The notes beneath the pieces were generated by a model. It was given only the letters and a program-made list of their open reading frames with translations. It did no database searches and was not told the DNA's origin. A program made the translations under genes and the position numbers. This document shows, piece by piece, positions 56,519-64,000 of a stretch of 64,000 nucleotides of DNA (positions within the stretch are counted from its first letter, which is position 1; the number at the start of each line of letters is the position of its first letter). Source of the DNA: an uncultured Verrucomicrobiota bacterium (lineage in GTDB: Bacteria > Verrucomicrobiota > Verrucomicrobiia > Palsa-1439); NCBI GenBank assembly GCA_964541945.1, contig CAZISE010000018.1, forward strand, positions 5,260 to 69,259. The letters are read 5' to 3'.

Positions 56519-57219
56519 AAAAATCATCCCCCACCCTTCTGGTTCTCCAACACGCCCCATGTGAGACGCCCGGTCTGATTGCCGATGCCCTTCGCGGTTG
56601 CGCCTTCCAAACCATTCGTTCCTACGACGGCGAGCCGGTGCCGAAGACGCTGGCTGGCGCCGACGGATTGATCATCCTGGGCGGCCCACAAAGTGTGTAT
56701 GAACAGGAGCGATTTCCGTATCTGAAAGACGAGCTTCGGCTGATTGAGGAGGCCCTGCGTGCCAGCAAACCGATTCTCGGCATCTGTCTCGGCAGCCAGT
56801 TACTCGCCGCCGCTCTCGGCGCCAAGGTTTACCCTGGCGAACAACGGGAAATCGGATGGCACAAGGTCATCCTGCCGTTCGAAGCCCGACGCGACACTCT
56901 CTTCAATCATCTCCCGTTTTCGTTCATGGCGCTGCACTGGCACGGCGACATCTTCGAGCTACCGCGCAGCGCCGTGTCACTGGCCTCCTCTGTCATGACC
57001 GAACATCAGGCGTTCCGACATGGGTTCCACGCCTACGGCCTGTTGTTCCACTTGGAAATGACCCGTGCCCAGATCACCGAGATGACCACCACGTTTGCTG
57101 ACGAGTTGAACGCGGCCGGCGTGAACGCCCAAAAGATTCTCGACGAAGCCGATGATCACCTGAAACCGCTTCAGGAAATCGGCGCCACCGTGTTCCAACG
57201 TTGGGCCAGTCTGTTGTGA
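56515..57219 (+). CDS. class I glutamine-amidotransferase-like protein
   Basis: GICLGSQLL (nucleophile Cys). HWHGD, and H..E-type catalytic residues. Confidence 0.75.
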   Translation: MKKSSPTLLVLQHAPCETPGLIADALRGCAFQTIRSYDGEPVPKTLAGADGLIILGGPQSVYEQERFPYLKDELRLIEEALRASKPILGICLGSQLLAAALGAKVYPGEQREIGWHKVILPFEARRDTLFNHLPFSFMALHWHGDIFELPRSAVSLASSVMTEHQAFRHGFHAYGLLFHLEMTRAQITEMTTTFADELNAAGVNAQKILDEADDHLKPLQEIGATVFQRWASLL

Positions 57220-57222
57220 CAA

Positions 57223-58017
57223 TCAGGACTTCGGCTTCGGCACTTCCCGTCCCAACTTGCGAACGACCGCTTTCATGTCCTCCCAAACCTCTTTCTTGGC
57301 GGGCGGATTGCGCAGCAGATAGGCAGGATGAAACGTCGGCATGATGGGGATATCCCGATAGGTGTACCAATTGCCGCGCATCTTGGTGATCCCAATTTGA
57401 ATATCCAACAACGCTCGCAACGCCGTTGCCCCCAACGCCACAATCACCTTGGGACGAATCAACGCAATCTGCTGTTCCAAATACGGCAAACAATTCACCG
57501 TCTCATCCGGCAACGGAGGACGATTGTTCGGAGGCCGACACTTCAACACGTTGGCAATATAAACCTCCTCACGCCGAAACCCCATCGCTTCGATGATCTT
57601 TGTCAGCAACTGTCCCGCCCGCCCCACAAACGGCTCGCCCTGCGCGTCCTCGTCCGCCCCCGGCGCCTCGCCGATAAACATCAACTCCGCCTGCCGATTG
57701 CCAACGCCGAACACGATGTTCTTGCGGGTACGAGCCAGTTCCGCGCATTTCCGACAGCCTTTGACCTCCGCCCCCAACACTGTCCAATCGCCACTCACCG
57801 TGATCGCTTGCGAAGCGCGCGGCCCCTGCCCAACCGTCGTCGCCTCACCGGGCGGCTCAACGGAAACCTCGGCCTCCAACCGACGCGAACACAACACCGG
57901 CTTCCACTCCAGCGCGTCCAGTGTCTCTTTCGACACCTCCACATGTGTCACCCCCGCGCGTTTCATCTCCTCCAACACCCGAATGGTATCGTCCACAATC
58001 TGTCTCAACTCTTGCAT
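57223..58017 (-). CDS. family 4 uracil-DNA glycosylase (Fe-S UDG) with N-terminal extension
   Basis: [20 protein letters not shown] plus GEAPGADED motif [10 protein letters not shown] motif B. Confidence 0.8.
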   Translation of the reverse strand: MQELRQIVDDTIRVLEEMKRAGVTHVEVSKETLDALEWKPVLCSRRLEAEVSVEPPGEATTVGQGPRASQAITVSGDWTVLGAEVKGCRKCAELARTRKNIVFGVGNRQAELMFIGEAPGADEDAQGEPFVGRAGQLLTKIIEAMGFRREEVYIANVLKCRPPNNRPPLPDETVNCLPYLEQQIALIRPKVIVALGATALRALLDIQIGITKMRGNWYTYRDIPIMPTFHPAYLLRNPPAKKEVWEDMKAVVRKLGREVPKPKS

Positions 58018-58910
58018 AAATTCGCCATGTCCTCCGGCACCGGCGCCTCAAACTCCAACCAGTTGCCCGTGCGCGGATGTGTAAAACCAAGTTTGTAGGC
58101 GTGCAACATCGGGCGGTCAACGGCAATCTCCGACGCCCGCGCACGCCCGTACACCGCATCTCCCACCAGCGGATGCCCAATGTGCGACATGTGAACCCGA
58201 ATCTGATGTGTTCGCCCCGTGTGTGGCGTCACCTCCACCAACGCAAATGCCGCCATTTGCTTCAGCACCCGATATTCACTGAGCGCCGCCCGTCCCCGAC
58301 TCACCCGCGCCGACATCTTCTGACGATCATGCTCGCTGCGCCCGATCACCGTCTCAATCCGACCACTGCGTCGCGCAAATGTCCCCCAACAAACAGCCCA
58401 ATAAACCTTCCGCACCTTCCGCGCCTTGAACTGGTTGACCAGGCCGTCATGCGCCAGGTCGCTCTTGGCCACCACGATGCACCCGCTCGTCCCCTTGTCG
58501 AGCCGATGAACAATCCCCGGTCGCTCCACCCCTCCGATGCCGGAAAGCCGTCCCCGACAATGATGCAACAACGCATTGACCAGCGTATGCTCGTAATTGC
58601 CCGCCGCCGGATGCACCACCATCCCCGCCGGTTTGTTGACGACGATCAGATCGTCATCCTCATACAACACATCCAGCGGAATCGCTTCCGGCTGTGTCGC
58701 CAGCGGCCTCGGCGGCGGAATCTCCACCTCGACCCCATCGCCCACACGCACCTTGTAACTGGCTTTCGATGGCTGGCCGTTGACGGTGACCCGCCCCTGC
58801 TCGATCAGCTTCTGCAAGAACGCCCGCGAGCGTTCCGGCATCTGCATCTGCAGGAACCGATCCAACCGCTGGCCGCGTTCGTTTTCGGTAACGGTAAACA
58901 TGGGCAACAT
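58005..58910 (-). CDS. RluA-family 23S rRNA pseudouridine synthase (RluD-like, S4 domain + catalytic domain)
   Basis: Start [20 protein letters not shown] (S4). Catalytic [10 protein letters not shown]-terminal HTGRTHQIR. Upstream ORF extension rejected. Confidence 0.85.
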   Translation of the reverse strand: MLPMFTVTENERGQRLDRFLQMQMPERSRAFLQKLIEQGRVTVNGQPSKASYKVRVGDGVEVEIPPPRPLATQPEAIPLDVLYEDDDLIVVNKPAGMVVHPAAGNYEHTLVNALLHHCRGRLSGIGGVERPGIVHRLDKGTSGCIVVAKSDLAHDGLVNQFKARKVRKVYWAVCWGTFARRSGRIETVIGRSEHDRQKMSARVSRGRAALSEYRVLKQMAAFALVEVTPHTGRTHQIRVHMSHIGHPLVGDAVYGRARASEIAVDRPMLHAYKLGFTHPRTGNWLEFEAPVPEDMANLCKS

Positions 58911-59074
58911 CCACCACCGACAAACGCACTTTGTCTTTTCCCCATCAACGTCGCAAGCGCAAAAGACCAAATCACCGCCCCCTTCGCGCCGTCGGCACCG
59001 GCTCGACGGAATGGACACGATGAAAACGAGTTGCCACCAGCCCCTCTCCCTGCCCCACTCCGCGCAGGTTCCCG

Positions 59075-60334
59075 TCACAGTGTCCAGGGTTCGCGCATGG
59101 AACGATGCATCATGCGGGCGGCGGTTTCATCTCCGATAATGGTTTCCCTGACCGGGTCCCACCGGATCTTGCGACCGGTGCGGATACAGATGTCGCCGAG
59201 ATGGCTCATGAAATCGGATTGCGCGGCGGAATCAATGTTGCTGACCGGATCTTTGCGGGCGAGAACGCTACGGATGAAGTTGGCATAGTGATCGTTGTCC
59301 TGCAACAGGTGAATCTCTTCCGGTTTGATTTTCACGTTCAACAATGAGGCCGGTTCGGCAGCCAACGTGTGTCGTCCGCGTCCGGCGGCAATCCAGCCTT
59401 CGGTGCCAACAAACGTCGTAAGATCGCTGCCGTGTTTGAGCGTGAACTCCGCGCCGTTGGCGTAACGACCTCTCACATCCCAGTCCACCACGGTATCAAA
59501 CAGGCCTTCGGTCGGGATGACGCCGGTGCCTTCATACTCAACCGGAATGTGAGGGTACCCCCAGTGGGCAATGTCCAGCGGGTGCGCGCCCCAGCCGGCA
59601 ATGAACCCAATCGCATAATCGTAAATATGCCAGCGCCCGATGCCGAGCACCCGGTCCCGTGTGTACGGCGTGACGGGCGCAGGTCCCAGCCACAGGTCAT
59701 AATCCAACCCGGCAGGCACGGGTTGCGGAGTCGGGTCGCCGCCGCGAGCGCCATTGGGAGCAACGACGTGGATGGCTTTGATTTCGCCGAGGTAGCCGTT
59801 GCGTACCAGTTCGGCAGCAAAACCGCAATGCGTATTGAAGGAACGTTGTTGGGTGCCGTATTGGAATGTCGCGCCGTATTGGCGGACGGCAGCCCGCAAG
59901 GCTTTGTTTTGTTCGATACTGAGGCCGAGTGGTTTTTCGCAGTACACATGTTTGCCGGCACGCACGGCCACCAGCGAGATCGGCACGTGCCAGTGGTCAG
60001 GCGTAGCGATGACCACGGCGTCAATGTCGTCGCGCGCGAGCAGTTCGCGGAAATCGTTGTAGGCACGGCAGACGGTGCCGCCGTAGTGTTTGTTGACCTG
60101 CTCGGCGCGCGCTTCGCGGCGATCCTTGAGTGGATCGCACACGGCCAATACCTGGCAGTTCTCGACACCAAGAAATCCTCCCAACAATCCTCCACCCTGT
60201 CCGCCAACGCCGATGTGGCCAGTGGTGACACGATGGCTGGGAGTGTTTGCTCCGAACAGGATGCGGGCGGGCAGGATCATGGGAGCAACCAGTGTGGCGC
60301 TCGTCTTCAAAAACTGGCGGCGACTGGATTTCAT
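59075..60334 (-). CDS. Gfo/Idh/MocA family oxidoreductase, Tat-exported
   Basis: Start MKSSRRQFLKTSATLVAP (ATG 60334). GHIGVGGQG Rossmann. VYCEKP motif. Confidence 0.85.
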   Translation of the reverse strand: MKSSRRQFLKTSATLVAPMILPARILFGANTPSHRVTTGHIGVGGQGGGLLGGFLGVENCQVLAVCDPLKDRREARAEQVNKHYGGTVCRAYNDFRELLARDDIDAVVIATPDHWHVPISLVAVRAGKHVYCEKPLGLSIEQNKALRAAVRQYGATFQYGTQQRSFNTHCGFAAELVRNGYLGEIKAIHVVAPNGARGGDPTPQPVPAGLDYDLWLGPAPVTPYTRDRVLGIGRWHIYDYAIGFIAGWGAHPLDIAHWGYPHIPVEYEGTGVIPTEGLFDTVVDWDVRGRYANGAEFTLKHGSDLTTFVGTEGWIAAGRGRHTLAAEPASLLNVKIKPEEIHLLQDNDHYANFIRSVLARKDPVSNIDSAAQSDFMSHLGDICIRTGRKIRWDPVRETIIGDETAARMMHRSMREPWTL

Positions 60335-60338
60335 GGTC

Positions 60339-63300
60339 TCAATCCTTTCCGTAAATTTCCAGTTCACGAATGGCGGGGCTTTTGGGGTAATAGCCGGTGA
60401 TGTTCAACTGAATCGTCGCGCACCGGGTCGGGGGCAATACCACCAACAACTGGTTGTCTTGGTATTGGGCGTTTGTGACCGATTTCACCACTCGGTCGTC
60501 GCAAAGCACCTCGAAATCTTTCGGCGCATGATTGTGGTGTCGCCAACCGCTGATCCGAATGGCGCACACCGTGGCCGGTTGTTTCAGTTGCACGCGCAAC
60601 TGATACAACGGCTGACCGTCCACTTCATCCCAATACGTTTTGGGATCGCCATCAATCGCCGCCGATGGCGGCCCACCTTGTCCGTCCGGCTTCAGGCCGT
60701 CGGGGTTGGTCGCTGTCGCGCCGAGCGCAAGGTTTTTGCGACCTTTGACATCAAACCCGATCATTTCCAGACGGCTCACGGCGCGTTCGGCCAACGCCTT
60801 CAGTTTCGGGTCGGTCGCGGTGGCGGCCACCTCCTGCAGGTCCGGCAACGGGGCTGCCGTGTCCCAGTTCAACAAGGCCCGCACCGCAGCCAGTTTCGCC
60901 TCGGCATCGTCGCTTTTGAGCGCGGCGCGCAACACCGCCAGCGCCCGCTCACCGCCGAGCGCGCCGAGTACGGGCAGAACAAACGCGCGTTGCGGCCCGT
61001 TTGCCGCGGCAATCAACGGTTGGATGTCGCCGGTCCGTCGGCAGATGGCGACCACCGCCGATTCGACCCCCTCCTTGTCGAGCAACGGGATCAACGGCGC
61101 CGGGTCATCGGCCAATCTGCCCAACGCAACAATGGCTTCGCGGTTACCGTTTTTCGCCAGCGCCAACAGGGCGGGCACGGTGGACTTTGCGTTGCGGGAG
61201 ACCAACGCGCGGATGGTTTCCGGCTGGGCGGCTTTCGCCAGCGCAACGTCAACACCGTCACCACGCAATCGCGCCAGCGCGTCGCTAATGAGGCGACGCT
61301 CCTGTTTGTCGGCGCGTTCCAACAGCCCGACAAGAACCGGCACGGAGGAAGCGTTGCCGATGGCGCCGAGCGCGGTAATGGCGGTCTGACGCACTGCCGC
61401 ATCGTCGCTGGCGGCGGCTTTTGTGATAGCGGGCAAAGCCGACGGTTCACCGGCCAACACCTGGATGAGAGGCGGGGAGAGATTGGGCCGTTGCGCAATC
61501 GCTCGCAATAATTGCGGGTCTTTCGTGTCGCGCGCGGCGCGCAAGGCCGCCTCGCGGGTCAACTTGTCGGCGCTGTCCAGGCTTTCCAGCAGCCGGTCGT
61601 GGTCTTTCGACATCTGCTCGATGAGTTCGGCCAATCGGGTTGGCGGCGCGATTTTTGATGTCTCGCCGCGAATTCGCTCCAGCGCGGCGCGCGCGGAAAA
61701 TCCGAGGTCGGGATGACCCAACCATTTCTCCAGCGCGGGCGCCTCCGCTGCGGTGCCGATCAAACCGAGTTGTTCGCACACAAATTTCTTGCCGTCGAGC
61801 GACGTGGTTTCGGCCACCAACAATCCGACCAGTTTTGGCGCCCATTCAGCGGGGGCGTTTTGCGCAGCGCGCGACACTTCGAGCAACGCTGCGCGGCTGT
61901 TGCCGTATCGGTAGGCGGCAACCGCCTTCAGCAGGAAGTCGGCGGCCGGTTGGGTCACACGACCGGTGGCGGCCCATTCGATGCCGCGAATCAGCAACGA
62001 CTGGAAACCGGGGTTGTCCATGTTCGATACATCGTGACCGAGCAACAGGGTGAACCCGCGTCCCTGACCAAAATGTGTCGCCAGCGCGACCGGTTCGTTG
62101 TCGGCGGTAGCAAGAACGGTGGTGCCGGGCGCGAGGCCGGGGTTGCGCCAGAGTTCGTCGGTGGTGGTGAACGGTTTCAACCCGTCGGTGATGGGGTGCG
62201 TGGTGACGGGCTTGACAGTGAAGGTGTGTTGCTGGCCGTGGTTGGTCTGGCCGAGTTTCCACGAGGCGCCCGCCAATTGTTGGTATTCCGGGCAATCGTA
62301 GAACGAGGAGCTACCGGCGTGGACAGCGACAAAACCTTTGCCGGCGCGGACGAAATCGAGAAGAGCCGTGGGGCGGTTGGTGCCGGCGGGTTTGCCCCAA
62401 GTGTTCCAGTTGCTGAGTACGACATCGTAGCGGGCCAACGTCGCGGCGTCGCACTGTTCGGGTTGTTCGGTCACGTCCGCCATGAACCGTCCATCGGTTT
62501 GGAGGATTGCTCTCAGTTTGGGCGTGGTTTTTTGCCAGTTGTGGTTGTTTTGTCCGCTCAGAATCAGCACACGGATGGGCTGGTCGAGCCAGCGACGGTA
62601 CAATGCCTCGATCTGCGCGGCATCGGGCTGGCCGTCCCAGACGGCGATGCCGTAGCGAAGTTCGAGTGGTTCCTTCAATGTGAACGGGTCTTTCCACAGG
62701 TTTAGTGTCGCGGACAGATAGGCAAATGGAGCGGCCATTGTGAACATCCGCGCGGGATGGCGCGGGTTGGAGGGGTGATCGAAGACGGCGACGGTCGCAG
62801 TCGGAGCGCGGTAGGCGCACCATGTGGCCGCCACGAGCCGTTCGTCGCCGCGCACCACCTCGCCGGTGGCGTTGGCGGCGTTGAGGAACGTGCCGATCCG
62901 GTCCATTTCGGCGACAAATCTCATGCCAAGGCCGAAATAGTGACTTCCGGTCAGTTTGACTTCGTTTTTGGGGATGAGACGACTCTGCCACGTCACCAGT
63001 GTTGCCGGCAAATCGGCGCCCTCGTGAACGATGATACGGCGTGTTTCGCTGAGGATGACCGTTTGGTCGGGGGCAACCCAGTCGAGTGTCTGCAATAATT
63101 CGGAGCGCCCTGTCGTCATGTCGCGGATAAGTTGGCGTCCACACTTCGGTGTTTCCGCCCAGAAATCCACGCCGTTGGCGCCCAGCGCGAACATCAGGCC
63201 GTGATGATGGAGGTGGTCAGACGGTGCATCGCGCAGGACCTGGATCCCGCCGGGCGAGTAGAGCTGGGCCACGTATGGTTTGAACGCCGTATCGCTGCCC

Positions 63301-63410
63301 TGATAGGCAAGCGCGCGTTTGCCGTTGGCCGTCAGCACAAACGACGGACCGCACTCGCCGATGCGGAGTGTTGTCGTCAGGATGACGGCGGCAAGGAACA
63401 AACGTTTCAT
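60339..63410 (-). CDS. large secreted multidomain protein: N-terminal PmoA-like/DUF6807-like domain, ThuA-like (GATase1-fold) domain, HEAT repeats, C-terminal F5/8-type-C (discoidin) domain
   Basis: Start MKRLFLAAVILTTTL (signal peptide, ATG 63410). ThuA region ILSGQNNHNWQKTTPKL...GFVAVHAGSSSF. HEAT/ARM-like repeats at 560-900 aa. C-terminal ATNPDG...AIDGDPKTYWD matches the discoidin pattern. Confidence 0.55.
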   Translation of the reverse strand: MKRLFLAAVILTTTLRIGECGPSFVLTANGKRALAYQGSDTAFKPYVAQLYSPGGIQVLRDAPSDHLHHHGLMFALGANGVDFWAETPKCGRQLIRDMTTGRSELLQTLDWVAPDQTVILSETRRIIVHEGADLPATLVTWQSRLIPKNEVKLTGSHYFGLGMRFVAEMDRIGTFLNAANATGEVVRGDERLVAATWCAYRAPTATVAVFDHPSNPRHPARMFTMAAPFAYLSATLNLWKDPFTLKEPLELRYGIAVWDGQPDAAQIEALYRRWLDQPIRVLILSGQNNHNWQKTTPKLRAILQTDGRFMADVTEQPEQCDAATLARYDVVLSNWNTWGKPAGTNRPTALLDFVRAGKGFVAVHAGSSSFYDCPEYQQLAGASWKLGQTNHGQQHTFTVKPVTTHPITDGLKPFTTTDELWRNPGLAPGTTVLATADNEPVALATHFGQGRGFTLLLGHDVSNMDNPGFQSLLIRGIEWAATGRVTQPAADFLLKAVAAYRYGNSRAALLEVSRAAQNAPAEWAPKLVGLLVAETTSLDGKKFVCEQLGLIGTAAEAPALEKWLGHPDLGFSARAALERIRGETSKIAPPTRLAELIEQMSKDHDRLLESLDSADKLTREAALRAARDTKDPQLLRAIAQRPNLSPPLIQVLAGEPSALPAITKAAASDDAAVRQTAITALGAIGNASSVPVLVGLLERADKQERRLISDALARLRGDGVDVALAKAAQPETIRALVSRNAKSTVPALLALAKNGNREAIVALGRLADDPAPLIPLLDKEGVESAVVAICRRTGDIQPLIAAANGPQRAFVLPVLGALGGERALAVLRAALKSDDAEAKLAAVRALLNWDTAAPLPDLQEVAATATDPKLKALAERAVSRLEMIGFDVKGRKNLALGATATNPDGLKPDGQGGPPSAAIDGDPKTYWDEVDGQPLYQLRVQLKQPATVCAIRISGWRHHNHAPKDFEVLCDDRVVKSVTNAQYQDNQLLVVLPPTRCATIQLNITGYYPKSPAIRELEIYGKD

Positions 63411-64000
63411 GTCAGGATCCGACAGTGGCGCGCATCGAACTTTGCGGTCACGCCTTCGCGGTGGGCGCGCATGGCCATCTGGAGAACGGTTTGCGTGCGG
63501 AATGCGAGGTCCATCGGGCTCCAGGTATCTTTTCGGCCTTGTTGGGCGCATTCGATGAGGTTTTTCCAGTGTTCGATGTTGTTTTCAGGTCGCTCAATCG
63601 GAATCCGTTGCGGTGCTTTGGCGCCCTTTTCCTTGATTGGCGTGAAAACGATCTCTTTGTTGTTGGCATCAATCGAGAGCGATCCTTCCCAGCCGCGGAT
63701 AACGGGGCAACGCTGTCCTGCGCCGCGCAAGGGCGTGGCATTGTAATCATTGGCCTGCGTACCAAGAACGCTGATGGTCACTTTTTCCGGGTATTGTGCC
63801 AGCAGGTTGAACGTGTCGGGCACGCTACGCAGTTCATAGCGGTAACGGTGGATGCCGCCGACAGCCACGACCTCCGACGGGAACCCAACGCCGAGGATGT
63901 CCACCACCTGCGTGAGACAGTGCGGATACAGGTCCGTGACCGGGCCGCCCGCGTACTCCTCAAACAGACGCCAGCGGAAAAACCGGTCCACGCTGAACCT
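63407..64000 (-). CDS. Gfo/Idh/MocA family oxidoreductase, C-terminal domain only; 5' end (N-terminus) lies beyond the window end
   Basis: Minus frame is open to position 64000 (...RFSVDRFFRWRLFEEYAGGP...). GGIHRYRYELRSVPD and the C-terminal alpha/beta domain pattern. Overlaps the start of 60339-63410 by 4 nt. Confidence 0.7.
   Translation of the reverse strand, partial: RFSVDRFFRWRLFEEYAGGPVTDLYPHCLTQVVDILGVGFPSEVVAVGGIHRYRYELRSVPDTFNLLAQYPEKVTISVLGTQANDYNATPLRGAGQRCPVIRGWEGSLSIDANNKEIVFTPIKEKGAKAPQRIPIERPENNIEHWKNLIECAQQGRKDTWSPMDLAFRTQTVLQMAMRAHREGVTAKFDARHCRILT

Noticed and set aside
1-64000. CRISPR arrays, rRNA genes, insertion sequences
   Set aside because: No regularly spaced short direct repeats, no rRNA-like conserved stretches and no transposase-like ORFs were seen on either strand.

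Overview
High-GC 64 kb window with features typical of the PVC superphylum (Verrucomicrobia/Planctomycetes-like): two prepilin-type DUF1559-like proteins (N-terminal GFTLIELLVV motif), many twin-arginine (RRxFL) exported Gfo/Idh/MocA oxidoreductase paralogs, and secreted glycoside-hydrolase-like proteins. Nearly all real genes are on the minus strand. The large plus-strand ORFs in the track are antisense artefacts of the GC-rich coding strand. Contents, in window order: (1) 1-10 kb, a long minus-strand array of four Gfo/Idh/MocA paralogs, a HEAT-repeat protein, a PfkB sugar kinase, a mannitol-dehydrogenase-family enzyme and a beta-propeller hydrolase, which looks like a periplasmic sugar or polyol oxidation route; (2) 10-16.5 kb, an exopolysaccharide locus (Wzy/O-antigen-ligase-TPR fusion, Wza-like, Wzc-like); (3) tRNA-Gly(CCC) and a small PUR-alpha-like protein; (4) rtcB translationally coupled to an ECF sigma / zinc-finger anti-sigma pair; (5) 20.5-32.6 kb, a defence island with a fused PLD-nuclease/SNF2-helicase (1122 aa), a DUF4143 AAA ATPase, three small lower-GC cassettes (a DUF4258-DUF2283 fusion; a membrane protein; a Gp49/HigB-like toxin + XRE antitoxin + SecB-like chaperone module), and a 1305-aa PglX/MmeI-like N6-adenine methyltransferase; every cassette junction carries a relic of a methyltransferase 3' end; (6) secreted glycoside hydrolases, a GH57 branching enzyme + DUF4912, an exosortase neighbourhood; (7) a pyruvate-dehydrogenase operon (aceE, E2, lpd) interrupted by a DUF1846 gene, with lipoate-protein ligase encoded divergently; (8) housekeeping genes (family-4 UDG, RluA-family pseudouridine synthase, GATase1, FHA protein) and further Gfo/Idh/MocA + ThuA-like genes. 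No CRISPR array, rRNA, integrase or transposase was recognised. Functional calls are from motif-level reading of the translations only; no database search was run.
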